Assembly (NCBI GenBank): GCA_950097015.1 | Contig: CATNEN010000018.1 | Span: forward strand, 62,001-126,000 | DNA from: Macrostomum hystrix | Lineage: Eukaryota; Animalia; Platyhelminthes | Direction of reading: 5' to 3' | Length of the DNA: 64,000 nucleotides | Shown: positions 1 through 13,542 of the stretch, one piece after another | How the letters are laid out: each line of letters begins with the position of its first letter | Numbering within the stretch: the first letter of the stretch is position 1 | Notes under the pieces: generated by a model | The model's input: only the letters and a program-made list of their open reading frames with translations | Told to the model about the DNA's origin: nothing | Databases searched by the model: none | Program-made: the position numbers and the translations under genes

Positions 1-2992
1 TTTTACCTCTTTGGTTCTTTATCGGCCACTGCATCGCAGTGAATAAGTGCTAGGGCCGGGAACTCTCCTTGAACTTTTTGCCAGGCGACGTAAGTCAGCC
101 GGGTTTTCTCTTTTTTTCACTTCCCACGGCCCCTGGTCGTGCGCAGAGCACTGCTCAACCCCCACCCTTCTCTTTCCCATTGTTGCAGTAGCGACAAACC
201 CCCCATTTTTCAAAGCAAAATCCTCATACCTCTTTTGGCCGAAAATGTCCGACCAGGAGGGTGAGGTCGTCGAGACAATTGGCGCCCCCCGTCCGATTGG
301 AGGTAGGGCTGTCTCCGCGGAGAGGGGCCGGGAAAGGCGGCCTCTGCCCGAAACTGCGACCTCGGGAAGGCATCAGACCTCCCGAGCGCTGGGGCTATGC
401 CAGAAGGATTCGTTTCCGCGAATCCGAGATCGGCTCCGAGCCCTGGGCAACATCGAGTGACGCTGACCCAGACTGAGGGTAGGCAGCGCACAGCCGCGCG
501 GGCCCAGACGCACCCACACGGTCGCGCTAGGGGACCAAGCCCTCCTCCGAATCATTTTGCTTAGCGAGCTACATCTTCTCACTAACTGTTTTTCTTTTTC
601 GATCAAAAGCCATCTTGGCGCCAAAACTCTGCTTAAAAATCAATATAAACTAGCCAAAACCACAAAAACACACTTAGTGGGGTGAAATTACCCTTGTAAA
701 GTTTTCGCATGAGATTTTTCGATAACTGTAGCACATTAGGGTTCGCACCTTCTTTTTCTAAACATTTAGTTCTAGTTGCACCGTTTATGTGAATGGCACC
801 TTTTGCAGTGGCGTTTTTGCCTGGGTTGTCGGGAGTTTAGCTTGTGTCGGCTTCTATCTTAGGAGGGATACCTACCAACCCGCCAAAGTGAGCGGGGTGG
901 TATGCATGTGGGATTTCAATGTTTGATTGGGAGTAGGCGGTTGTCAATCAAGAGGCCGACAGGGTCATATGGTTAATTCTGTGGGAGACAATCTGTTTTT
1001 CCACGAACCGCAGATTTCGAACGATTTGTGCTTCTTTTTCCTCTGGGAATAAAAAGCACATATCAGGGAAGCAGTTTTTTGCTTGCTTTGTTCAAATGGT
1101 GAGCACCTGAGCAGGGATTTTGCAATGAATCGTTCGAATAAGTAGGTCCAGATTTTCAAATATATATATATCCCAGCGGTTAGAATTGAGTTTATCCGTG
1201 GTCGCTAGGCGGTCGAAAAATTAGAGCAGCGTAAATTAGCCAAAGAACAGAACAAAGACGGAGTACGGGAATCAGTAGCGCGCATGCCGCGGCCATCAGG
1301 CCGGCCGCCACCGCCACGCCAATCGGGCTCCCCATCAGGCGCCAAGGCAGCCTCCTGCCCGGGTGGCAAATCAATGTCTGCAAAGTAAAAGTATTGGAGC
1401 GTATTAAGGAGTTATAGATGGGCAGCAATAGGTAAGGATTTCAAATGGTGGCTTATTGAGGGTAGGGCTAGGAATCAGGTCGCGTCAACTTACGAATGCT
1501 GAAAGTCACCCTCATTGAAGGCTGCGGCAGAGGATCTCTGAAAGTTAGGTGGGCGGGAAACTTGTGAGTTATTGATAGCGACGACTGCCAGCGCAGGTAT
1601 TTAGCTTTGAAGTTAAAAATTCAATCTAACTCTAATTAAAACGTCTAACAGGGTTTCTTTAGTTTAACAGTGGGCGAGGGCATCTGGGCCCGGGTAGAAA
1701 TCAATTACAGACACGAACAAGCTGGGTGTGCCAGGGGTCAGGATTAATGTCTATTCTAATAATTATGCAATAACTCTCGCAAAACCCCTTAATAACCGGC
1801 CCTGGGAGGCCGAGTAGAAGCAACAATAACTCACCTTTCTTCACCAGGCAGCTGGGCCACATTCAGGTTGTCAAACAACGGCAGCGCCGGATCGCGGGTC
1901 ATGAGCATTTTCTTTTACAGATTGTCACTGTGTTTAGAAATCAATTACTAGGATTGCAAGAGATAGCAGGCTTGAAGTTAATGGGGCGTCAAGTGTTTGT
2001 TTTTATAGCACCTAAGTTTAGGGGTAAAGTGGCGGGAGCGCCAGCCAATGGGAAGACAGTGGGGAATTTGGGAAATTCCAGCATAGGGGGACCCTAGTAA
2101 CAGTTTAGTTGTTGGGGCCCTGACCTTTACGGTGAGGAGACACCGCGGCCGGCAACAGCATCGCAATGCCTGAGGCCTGAGCAGCGGTCTCTCCAGCTGC
2201 AACCAGCTGCAGCGCCGAATGGACCGCGCGTAACGGCTAGGCAACCGGCCCGGCGAGCATTCTCGGGCACGGCCAGCCGGAAACACCTGGGCGCGCGGCA
2301 AATCAGAGGCTACCAATGCCCGGCAACGGAATTGGCGAGGGCGCAAACGGACCAACCAACCTGGAACCACCTGGGGAGAGCACGGCCGGACCCCTCGGAC
2401 TCAAGGAAAGACGGCCGGAGCCCCCCAGGATTGCGCAACCGAGACCAAGCCGGGCAGGGAAGACTGGGACAGCTGCAACCACCTGGAGAAGATGGCGAGC
2501 CGGGACAAGGCACACCCCTGGGCATTGAGGAACTTTCTTCGCCGCGACCGGAATGCGCACCCACCCCCCATAGGACGCTATACCGTAATCACTAGGGGCG
2601 CCGACCATTCTATACTCATGCACCGATCTATTTATAGTATCCGTACGTACGTACGCATTAGGATTTCTTCTCTAGCGGAATTCTTCTTAGGGTTCTGTAC
2701 AGTATGATGTAGGTAATTATTATTTTTTTTCCCCACGATTCTCGAGACACCCCGCTACTACTGTCAGTAGGCACGTAAGTGTCTTACGTGAAAGTGAGCG
2801 AAGGTGGAGTGATGTGGAGTGTGCTGCGGGAATCGAGTGGGAATGTGAGCCAGCATAATTTTTCAAATTTTTAAGTATCTAATAATTGCGATCCACATAG
2901 CAGCTGGCCGCAAACAAGATCATTAATCTTAGGGCCGGGTTTGGGGCGGCGGTGAATTAAGTAGCCGTCGAATCCCTTTTCCCTGGATCTGT

Positions 2993-4789
2993 CTAGACCC
3001 CTGTAGGAATGACTGATCGCGGCCATAACGCGGTCATCCAGTGCAGGTGGTCCACCTCGGCTCTGTCGATGCCGTCAGCGAATTTCGTCAGTCCGAGCTG
3101 GGCCTGGCAGGTGGACAGTCCGGAAGACCAGCTGGCCACTGGGAACAGCCTTTAAGGTGGTGAGCAGTCATTGTGAGTTTCTAGCCATGGATTGGTGAGA
3201 TCAGCGAAATCCCATGGTTGAAGCAGTTGATATCGGACATCCGAAATAGCCTTCATTCATTCTGTTGACTTAGTTATGGTACCTGAGTTATGGTACCTGA
3301 GTTATGGTACCTGAGCTATGGTACCTGAGTTATGGTACCTGAGTTATGGTACCTGAGTTATGGTACCTGAGTTATGGTACCTTAGTTATGGTACCTGAGC
3401 TATGGTACCTGAGTTATGGTACCTGAGTTATGGTACCTGAGTTATGGTACCTGAGTTATGGTACCTGAGTTATGGTACCTGAGCTATGGTACCTGAGTTA
3501 TGGTACCTGAGTTATGGTACCTGAGTTATGGTACCTGAGTTATGGTACCTGAGTTATGGTACCTGAGTTATGGTACCTGAGTTATGGTACCTGAGTTATG
3601 GTACCTGAGTTATGGTACCTGAGTTATGGTACCTGAGTTATGGTACCTGAGTTATGGTACCTGAGTTATGGTACCTGAGTTATGGTACCTGAGTTATGGT
3701 ACCTGAGTTATGGTACCTGAGTTATGGTACCTGAGTTATGGTACCTGAGTTATGGTACCTGAGTTATGGTACCTGAGTTATGGTACCTGAGTTATGGTAC
3801 CTGAGTTATGGTACCTGAGTTATGGTACCTGAGTTATGGTACCTGAGTTATGGTACCTGAGTTATGGTACCTGAGTTATGGTACCTGAGTTATGGTACCT
3901 GAGTTATGGTACCTGAGTTATGGTACCTGAGTTATGGTACCTGAGTTATGGTACCTGAGTTATGGTACCTGAGTTATGGTACCTGAGTTATGGTACCTGA
4001 GTTATGGTACCTGAACAGACCGGGGTGAGTGGCAGAGCGGTTTAGCGCGTCTCGCATCAAGGTCCCAGAACTCGACTCCACGGCGAGGCCACATTCATTT
4101 GGGGCGCAGCGGCAGAGAGAAGGCTTGAGGCTTTGTGCACTTTCAGCACTTGAGGGCCAACTTCGAAGGCACAGTGAGAGTGATCACTGCCTGACGATGA
4201 GAAAGTCAGGGCGTATGTAGACACACTTGGCTGAGTGTGTACCTGCGTACAGTATCTGTGTGTGTGTGCTCAGGAGTCATGGGAGGCAGAATTGTCAGAT
4301 TCGGGTCTTCCTTCGCCAAATGAGTTATGGTACCTTTACGAGCCCGCAGCCCTCCTGCGAATACAATTATTATTATTGTGGTACCTGAACTGTCTGATTG
4401 CCTCACCTGTAGACGGAGGTGAAGTGCCGGTCTCCGTAGCCGCCCGGACACAGCCGACCGTCGGACAGTCCGGGCAGGCGTCGCACGAAGGCCCAGCCGA
4501 ACTCGCTGCAGTTCTCGGCGTTGGCCCGATGGACGCAGCGGTCGAACTCGAACGTGCGGCAGTGGCCGGAGCCGGGGCTCAGGCGGAAGGCTCGGCAGCG
4601 GGCCGAGGAGCTGCAGGCTCTGGCGCAGTCCATCAAGCTGCCTGGCGCCACGTCTGCCTGGTCATGGACGAACTGAACCTTCAGGCACAGACGGATGAAG
4701 GACCGGCTGAATAGATCCATGGAACCGTCAGCGCTGAGTGAGCTTGTCCTTATGAGGAGCAACAGTTGCAAAAGCAGTGATGGGGACAT
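2993..4789 (-). CDS. Putative secreted PAN/apple + partial C-type-lectin-like protein, 2 exons: join(4407..4789, 2993..3149), ~179 aa
   Basis: Signal-peptide-like MSPSLLLQLLLLIRTSSLSA from ATG 4789. PAN-like Cys pattern SLMDCARACSSSARCRAFRLSPGSGHCRTF. Donor AG|GTGAGG at 4407/4406 and acceptor AAG|G at 3150/3149 are both phase 2. They join CPGGYGDRHFTSVY-R-LFPVASWSSGLSTCQAQLGLTKFADGIDRAEVDHL, resembling the N-terminal half of a CTLD (CP.G...Y.LF...SW..A...C...LA.I...E...L). The 3' end is uncertain. Confidence 0.55.
3272..4013. repeat. 14-bp tandem repeat (GAGTTATGGTACCT)n, ~53 copies, intronic
   Basis: Directly visible, highly homogeneous period 14; lies inside the intron of the PAN/CTLD gene. 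Confidence 0.97.
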
Positions 4790-5252
4790 GATTCGTTTTC
4801 TAGTTATTTGAATCAGATTCTTCTGCCTGCAGTCCAGTTCTGGCATGTGTTGTTCGCTCCGTGATTTTTGACAAGATTTTTAAGTTTTCGTGTTATAAAA
4901 TGCATATTTTTGACAAATCTGATGATTCAACAACTCTGATAGATGACTAAATTGGTTTTTTCAACAGCCCAGGCAAGTGAAGAGAATCCATTTTAGTGAT
5001 CTACTCCTAAGTTCAAGCACCAACCCACAGAATACACCAGAATGCTCAATCAGCTTCCAAATCTAAAGCCGAAATATAAAGCCATAGACACTACTCCTGA
5101 GTGAAGAAGAGTTAAGTAGTGCTAAAATTTGAGAAGTAGTCACCCTTTTGTATGTCTATTCAAGTTGCAACTTTTTATGGACAGAGAGGCCCGATTGTAT
5201 ATTTGCAGCTGTAGCGACATAAAAATGCAGATATTATTTCTGAGCATTCAAC

Positions 5253-5468
5253 GCAAACTAGAACAGTTAAGAAACAGCAGAATGAGCAGCAGTTTAAGCA
5301 ATGGGGTACGTGATATAGCTGTACATAAAAATGGAACATGAAATTTGCAAACTAGAACAGTTAAGAAACAGCAGAATGAGCAGCAGTTTAAGCAATGGGG
5401 TACGTGATATAGCTGTACATAAAAATGGAACATGAAATTTGCAAACTAGAACAGTTAAGAAACAGCAA
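5253..5468. repeat. 94-bp tandem duplication, ~2.3 copies
   Basis: GCAAACTAGAACAGTTAAGAAACAGCA recurs at 5253, 5347 and 5441. Confidence 0.9.
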
Positions 5469-5783
5469 CATGAGCATCAAACAACAGGCATCCTATACTT
5501 TAGCGGATAACAGGCGCCCCAGCTTTCGTTGTTCTGCTGAAGCTGTACTCGTACTCGGAGCTCCGCGCTTCCTGGCAGCTCGAAGTACTCGTAATGCCTG
5601 TTGAGCTTTGCACCAGTGATGTAACCGCAGGCGTGTGTACGAATGTGAGAGAGATGAAAGCCATTCATTTGTGTGCTCACTGTTGTGTAGATGAAGCTCA
5701 GTTGCAGCAGCTGCTTGTGCTGCAGGCTGGACTCTGGCACTGATACTGATTCCCTTCTGAATCATAATTCTGATGTCACGTAC

Positions 5784-5893
5784 CTTTCAGGACTGTTGAT
5801 TGGAAACTTATGAAAACGAACTCCAGGTTGATTTCTATACGCATAGGATTTACAGCCGTATGATGCGCACTGCCGACGTGAGACTGTTGGCAT
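5784..5893 (-). CDS. THAP zinc-finger N-terminal exon (orphan; possible THAP protein or P-element-like transposase relic)
   Basis: MPTVSRRQCASYGCKSYAYRNQPGVRFHKFPINSPE matches the THAP start (MP..C...GC......V.FH.FP) and ends at donor AG|GTACGT. No downstream exon with the W...C..HF part was found. Confidence 0.55.
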
Positions 5894-6264
5894 GGCACCA
5901 CAGAGGCGTAAATCACTGGGCAGAATAAAGTAGCCGTCAGTCAAGTGCGATGCAGCAATACTGTATTCTGTGATTTATTCTAAGGAACGCAGGCAACTAA
6001 GCTGAGTTATTATACACTGGGCATCAAATAGATAGGATAGATGGAAGGAAAGACAAGCGAGAAACATAGTCTATGGCAAAATCGATCTCAATACACTCGG
6101 GTTGATAAAAAAGCCAGCACTACTCGCAAATCACTTTGCCGTGTCTACTCTCTCAGTATAGAGGTAAGTCGGCCCGAATCTCCTCATGATTCGAGTTCCT
6201 TTCACTCGGCAGTCGGGAAGGCATGAAAGACGCAGCTCATGCAGGTGCTGAATTAGTGCGCCAG

Positions 6265-7260
6265 TCAGCAGGTCTCCGACTCCAGACCGCTGCCTCGGCT
6301 GCCCACCTGCGGCTCCTTGGCATTCTCCCTGCGCTGCTTTTTACGCTTTTTCCGGCCCTCTTTTCGTTTAGCAGGTCGCTCGTCTGACGCAAACGCCGAG
6401 GACGTCGCCGCTGCATCAACCGTCCGCAACCGTCGGAGCAGCTCATCGGCGCTGATCTGCATCTGCTCCACACTCACCTCCGCCACGGGGGCCGCCGCTG
6501 TCGGAGCTTCGCCCGAAGTCAAGCTGCCATCAGCCTCGATGATGAACACGGAGTCGTTGTCGCCGCTGGCCTCAGTTGACGGCCTTCGTGAAGTCTGCGT
6601 GTCGCCAGTGGGAGAAGTGTCGTCCGAATCGCTAAAGCGGACGTGATTCCTCTGGTGCTGATGGTGCTGATGCTTGTGCTGCGCTATGTCTCCCGAGCAT
6701 CCAGACAGTGGCGACTCACTGCCGGTCGTGGACACCTTAAGCGAGGATTTTCGCGGGCGGGACAGATGCAGCCGCAGAATGGCCGCCTCGATGCTCTGGT
6801 CGAGCCGCTCCTCGGACCGGCTGCGCGTCACCATGATCCTCACCCGGCCGCCGCCGTTGCGGCTTCGATCACCGTCGCCGGCGATGCCGTTCTCGGCCAA
6901 GTCGCCGACTCGCACGGTTGACTTTCTTAGAAACAGTCTCCGCAGGCAGCAGCCGCCGTTGTTATCGCCGCTGGTGTCTCCGAGACGCTGACGACTCCGG
7001 CACCGAGTGCTGATCAGCAAGCTCGCCGCAGTGCCGCCCATCAGGCAGCCGGCGGTTGTCAGGGCGACGCCGACGCCGATCTCGGGCGTTGAACACCGCG
7101 AAGATCCGAGGACCCACAGAGAGGCGCCAGCAGCTGCGGCTAGCAGAGACGCGGCAAGCAGGGCTGCCAGGCAAGCATCTCGATTCCCTCGGCTGCTGAC
7201 ATTCTCGTCGGCTTCAGGACAGCAACAGCAGCAGCAGCTTGCCGATGCCGGCAACGACAT
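6265..7260 (-). CDS. Hypothetical two-TM membrane protein (331 aa), Cys-rich N-terminus, disordered Ser/His/basic C-terminus
   Basis: GC-rich non-repetitive ORF from ATG 7260 (MSLPASASCCCCCCP). Two hydrophobic segments (CLAALLAASLLAAAAGASLWVLG; IGVGVALTTAGCLMGGTAASLLI) followed by a low-complexity tail. No family recognised. Confidence 0.55.
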   Translation of the reverse strand: MSLPASASCCCCCCPEADENVSSRGNRDACLAALLAASLLAAAAGASLWVLGSSRCSTPEIGVGVALTTAGCLMGGTAASLLISTRCRSRQRLGDTSGDNNGGCCLRRLFLRKSTVRVGDLAENGIAGDGDRSRNGGGRVRIMVTRSRSEERLDQSIEAAILRLHLSRPRKSSLKVSTTGSESPLSGCSGDIAQHKHQHHQHQRNHVRFSDSDDTSPTGDTQTSRRPSTEASGDNDSVFIIEADGSLTSGEAPTAAAPVAEVSVEQMQISADELLRRLRTVDAAATSSAFASDERPAKRKEGRKKRKKQRRENAKEPQVGSRGSGLESETC

Positions 7261-7632
7261 GCAATTTGGCTGACAAGCGGGCAGCCAGGCAGTTTTTGTG
7301 CTCAATAACTTAGTTCTGAGCTGGCAGAAGTATTCCACTGGGCCGTGCAGGAGATGGGAGGCATTTATACGGATTCGCTGCACATGCAACGCCCCGTGTC
7401 TCTAGTTGTGCTGCCTCTCCGTCTGCCCGCATTCTGATTGGCCAGCAGATTCTGATTCTGATTACTTCTTTTACTCGATGCAACCAATGGGATTGTCGCT
7501 TGGCGGCTTGTGCACTAAATAATTGGGATATTGTTGGGGAAAACCCTGTGCCCTGAGTATCTCCGCCCCTTTTATTGCTCATTTTCTTAGATTTATTTTC
7601 TAATTAATCGATAAACCCATCAAAGAACTTCT

Positions 7633-8160
7633 ATGTCTTAGCCATACACATGAAACCATCTGTGATTGGACACCCTGTCTTAGCCATACACATGAAACCA
7701 TCTGTGATTGGACACCCTGTCTTAGCCATACACATGAAACCATCTGTGATTGGACACCCTGTCTTAGCCATACACATGAAACCATCTGTGATTGGACACC
7801 CTGTCTTAGCCATAGACATGAAACCATCTGTGATTGGACACCCTGTCTTAGCCATACACATGAAACTATCTGTGATTGGACACCCTGTCTTAGCCATAGA
7901 CATGAAACCATCTGTGATTGGACACCCTGTCTTAGCCATACACATGAAACCATCTGTGATTGGACACCCTGTCTTAGCCATACACATGAAACCATCTGTG
8001 ATTGGACACCCTGTCTTAGCCATAGACATGAAACCATCTGTGATTGGACACCCTGTCTTAGCCATACACATGAAACTATCTGTGATTGGACACCCTGTCT
8101 TAGCCATACACATGAAACCATCTGTGATTGGACACCCTGTCTTAGCCATAGACATGAAAC
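7633..8160. repeat. 42-bp minisatellite, ~12.5 copies
   Basis: Unit CCCTGTCTTAGCCATA(C/G)ACATGAAACCATCTGTGATTGGACA; accounts for the 14-aa periodic ORFs. Confidence 0.97.
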
Positions 8161-9299
8161 AGTGGACACATTGGACACCCTGCCGAGTGATATATAGTAC
8201 AAAATAGGCTTACAGAAGGACAGCTTGCATACTCTGTCCGACCTGGAGTATTGTAGCATGTCGCATAATCTGAGTAGGAAGGCTCAACCAGACTCAAAGA
8301 TTTCAGATCGATAAGGCTGAGAAGAAAGAAATTTGATCTACAAAAGGCGGATGAAACGAAAGTAGACAGCAGAGCACAGAGCAAATAGTGATTGATCTTC
8401 AATAAAGTGCAACAAGTTAAAAATGGGAAACAGCTTGGGCCGCGGTTCGTTAGCTGCCTGTGCAAAAGTACTAAAATAACCTTGCTTTTCGGTCAGTGAG
8501 TTGAGACTGCTCTGGTTGGACTCGAGCCTAGCCCTGTCTCATTAGGACCCGCCGTGAGCATGAGAGGAAGCAATACGTGAGTTGGGGTGCGTGAATTCGC
8601 CTGTGTGAGTTTTTGCGCCCAGTGCGATTCGTCAGTAGAGCACATTTGATTTGAGCAGTGGTGCTCAACTATAATTAGCCAGCTGGTGTGAGACATTGCC
8701 GCGTGTTTTCTTTAACGAAGGAATTTTGATTCGCCTGCCCTGGGGACTGCCCGCGGGCAAGACACAAATGTACTTTTGTGAATCACAATCTGCGCTTCAG
8801 TCAGCAGTAAATTGGCTCCTCGCAGGTTAAAGCTTATAGGACTTCAGCCTGAGAGTCCTGACGATCAGATTTCACTGCTGGTGCTCAACAACTGTCTTAT
8901 TTTCTCTTCAATTCGTGGCGGCAGACCGAAAATTATTAAAGGTCATGACGACGGTTACGATTTTTTCTGTCGATTGATTATTTACTAATTAATTTCTTTT
9001 CAATGGTCAGTCTGCGTCTTTTGACGGGGGTGCATCAGTTTCTCGGGATGTTTTGTGTCTCACTGCAATGCCCAGCAAATCGATGGACTCTGGGCCTGAC
9101 CTAAATTTGAGTCGCCTGTCGCGCTCAGCTCAGCTATCGACTGGCGTAATCACATGGTTGCCATGGTAACACTGCGCTTACCTGTTGATAGAAATGTTAG
9201 ATGCTCACCATCGATTCAGGCCCAGTTATTTTGCATTCGATCTAGAAAGACTCACCTGGAGATTGAACAGCCAAAAACTCATGAACATCTACAATTTAT

Positions 9300-12200
9300 C
9301 CCTACCAGGCAGTCTCTATACCAATGTGTGTACACTAGCTCATCTGCATTCTATCTCTACCAAGCAGACTCTATACCAATGTGTGTACACTAGCTCATCT
9401 GCATTCTATCTCTACCAAGCAGTCTCTATACCAATGTGTGTACACTAGCTCATCTGCATTCTATCTCTACCAAGCAGTCTCTATACCAATGTGTGTACAC
9501 TAGCTCATCTGCATTCTATCCCTACCAAGCAGACTCTATACCAATGTGTGTACACTAGCTCATCTGCATTCTATCTCTACCAAGCAGACTCTATACCAAT
9601 GTGTGTACACTAACTCATCTGCATTCTATCTCTACCAAGCAGTCTCTATACCAATGTGTGTACACTAGCTCATCTGCATTCTATCCCTACCAAGCAGTCT
9701 CTATACCAATGTGTGTACACTAGCTCATCTGCATTCTATCTCTACCAAGCAGTCTCTATACCAATGTGTGTACACTAGCTCATCTGCATTCTATCTCTAC
9801 CAAGCAGTCTCTATACCAATGTGTGTACACTAGCTCATCTGCATTCTATCTCTACCAAGCAGTCTCTATACCAATGTGTGTACACTAGCTCATCTGCATT
9901 CTATCCCTACCAAGCAGACTCTATACCAATGTGTGTACACTAGCTCATCTGCATTCTATCCCTACCAAGCAGTCTCTATACCAATGTGTGTACACTAGCT
10001 CATCTGCATTCTATCCCTACCAAGCAGTCTCTATACCAATGTATGTACACTAGCTCATCTGCATTCTATCCCTACCAAGCAGTCTCTATACCAATGTGTG
10101 TACACTAGCTCATCTGCATTCTATCTCTACCAAGCAGTCTCTATACCAATGTGTGTACACTAGCTCATCTGCATTCTATCTCTACCAAGCAGACTCTATA
10201 CCAATGTGTGTACACTAGCTCATCTGCATTCTATCTCTACCAAGCAGTCTCTATACCAATGTGTGTACACTAGCTCATCTGCATTCTATCTCTACCAAGC
10301 AGACTCTATACCAATGTGTGTACACTAGCTCATCTGCATTCTATCTCTACCAAGCAGTCTCTATACCAATGTGTGTACACTAGCTCATCTGCATTCTATC
10401 TCTACCAAGCAGTCTCTATACCAATGTGTGTACACTAGCTCATCTGCATTCTATCCCTACCAAGCAGTCTCTATACCAATGTGTGTACACTAGCTCATCT
10501 GCATTCTATCTCTACCAAGCAGTCTCTATACCAATGTGTGTACACTAGCTCACCTGCATTCTATCTCTACCAAGCAGACTCTATACCAATGTGTGTACAC
10601 TAACTCATCTGCATTCTATCTCTACCAAGCAGTCTCTATACCAATGTGTGTACACTAGCTCATCTGCATTCTATCTCTACCAAGCAGTCTCTATACAAAT
10701 GTGTGTACACTAGCTCATCTGCATTCTATCCCTACCAAGCAGTCTCTATACCAATGTGTGTACACTAGCTCATCTGCATTCTATCTCTACCAAGCAGACT
10801 CTATACCAATGTATGTACACTAGCTCATCTGCATTCTATCCCTACCAAGCAGTCTCTATACCAATGTATGTACACTAGCTCATCTGCATTCTATCCCTAC
10901 CAAGCAGTCTCTATACCAATGTGTGTACACTAGCTCATCTGCATTCTATCCCTACCAAGCAGTCTCTATACCAATGTGTGTACACTAGCTCATCTGCATT
11001 CTATCCCTACCAAGCAGTCTCTATACCAATGTGTGTACACTAGCTCATCTGCATTCTATCCCTACCAAGCAGTCTCTATACTAATGTGTGTACACTAGCT
11101 CATCTGCATTCTATCTCTACCAAGCAGACTCTATACTAATGTGTGTACACTAGCTCATCTGCATTCTATCCTTACCAACCAGTCTCTATACCAATGTGTG
11201 TACACTAGCTCATCTGCATTCTATCTCTACTAAGCAGTCTCTATACCAATGTGTGTACACTAGATCATCTGCATTCTATCCCTACCAACCAGTCTCTATA
11301 CCAATGTGTGTACACTAGCTCATCTGCATTCTATCCTTACCAACCAGTCTCTATACCAATGTGTGTACACTAGCTCATCTGCATTCTATCCCTACCAAGC
11401 AGTCTCTATACCAATGTGTGTACACTAGCTCATCTGCATTCTATCTCTACCAAGCAGTCTCTATACCAATGTGTGTACACTAGCTCATCTGCATTCTATC
11501 TCTACCAAGCAGTCTCTATACCAATGTGTGTACACTAGCTCATCTGCATTCTATCCCTACCAAGCAGTCTCTATACCAATGTGTGTACACTAGCTCATCT
11601 GCATTCTATCTCTACCAAGCAGTCTCTATACCAATGTGTGTACACTAGCTCATCTGCATTCTATCCCTACCAAGCAGTCTCTATACCAATGTGTGTACAC
11701 TAGCTCATCTGCATTCTATCCCTACCAAGCAGTCTCTATACCAATGTGTGTACACTAGCTCATCTGCATTCTATCCCTACCAAGCAGTCTCTATACCAAT
11801 GTGTGTACACTAGCTCATCTGCATTCTATCTCTACCAAGCAGTCTCTATACCAATGTGTGTACACTAGCTCATCTGCATTCTATCCCTACCAAGCAGTCT
11901 CTATACCAATGTGTGTACACTAGCTCATCTGCATTCTATCCCTACCAAGCAGTCTCTATACCAATGTGTGTACACTAGCTCATCTGCATTCTATCCCTAC
12001 CAAGCAGTCTCTATACCAATGTGTGTACACTAGCTCATCTGCATTCTATCTCTACCAAGCAGTCTCTATACCAATGTGTGTACACTAGCTCATCTGCATT
12101 CTATCCCTACCAAGCAGTCTCTATACCAATGTGTGTACACTAGCTCATCTGCATTCTATCCCTACCAAGCAGTCTCTATACCAATGTGTGTACACTAGCT

Positions 12201-13195
12201 CATCTGCATTCTATCCCTACCAAGCAGTCTCTATACCAATGTGTGTACACTAGCTCATCTGCATTCTATCTCTACCAAGCAGTCTCTATACCAATGTGTG
12301 TACACTAGCTCATCTGCATTCTATCCCTACCAAGCAGTCTCTATACCAATGTGTGTACACTAGCTCATCTGCATTCTATCCCTACCAAGCAGTCTCTATA
12401 CCAATGTGTGTACACTAGCTCATCTGCATTCTATCCCTACCAAGCAGTCTCTATACCAATGTGTGTACACTAGCTCATCTGCATTCTATCCCTACCAAGC
12501 AGTCTCTATACCAATGTGTGTACACTAGCTCATCTGCATTCTATCTCTACCAAGCAGTCTCTATACCAATGTGTGTACACTAGCTCATCTGCATTCTATC
12601 CCTACCAAGCAGTCTCTATACCAATGTGTGTACACTAGCTCATCTGCATTCTATCCCTACCAAGCAGTCTCTATACCAATGTGTGTACACTAGCTCATCT
12701 GCATTCTATCTCTACCAAGCAGTCTCTATACCAATGTGTGTACACTAGCTCATCTGCATTCTATCCCTACCAAGCAGTCTCTATACCAATGTGTGTACAC
12801 TAGCTCATCTGCATTCTATCTCTACCAAGCAGACTCTATACCAATGTGTGTACACTAGCTCATCTGCATTCTATCCCTACCAAGCAGTCTCTATACCAAT
12901 GTGTGTACACTAGATCATCTGCATTCTATTCCTACCAAGCAGTCTCTATACCAATGTGTGTACACTAGCTCATCTGCATTCTATCCCTACCAAGCAGTCT
13001 CTATACCAATGTGTGTACACTAGCTCATCTGCATTCTATCTCTACTAAGCAGTCTCTATACCAATGTGTGTACACTAGATCATCTGCATTCTATCTCTAC
13101 CAAGCAGTCTCTATACCAATGTGTGTACACTAGCTCATCTGCATTCTATTCCTACCAAGCAGTCTCTATACCAATGTGTGTACACTAGATCATCA
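9300..13195. repeat. 55-bp satellite, ~70 copies
   Basis: Unit TCTCTATACCAATGTGTGTACACTAGCTCATCTGCATTCTATC(T/C)CTACCAAGCAG; period 55 (CCAAT at 9321 and 9376). Confidence 0.98.
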
Positions 13196-13542
13196 ATATT
13201 CTATTTAGCAAGCGGGTAAAGGTAGAAAGTTTGCTTGATCTTTTAGAAGCAGTGCAAGAGCAGCAGGCATTGTTGACACAGCAGCGTTTCTGGAGTCCCT
13301 TGCCATCTCGCCATGTAATGCGACTTGGAGTTCTTTAGGGCGAAGGAAAGCTAAATTAGTCTAGGATTGTGGCTGAGACTGGGCCGTTGCGGCGAGACCT
13401 CATGACAGCTGAGGCTTGCACTGAGTCAACAAGGCAGGACTCGGGTCTGTTTTTTCAGCAGTATAAGAGTAAATATCTACCGAATGCACGAACCTTCGGT
13501 CGAGTTACGCGCTGATTCTCGCTGCCTGAGTTATGTTTAAAC

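Noticed and set aside
7600-8259. 14-aa periodic ORFs on both strands
   Set aside because: Produced by the 42-bp minisatellite; no splice or homology support.
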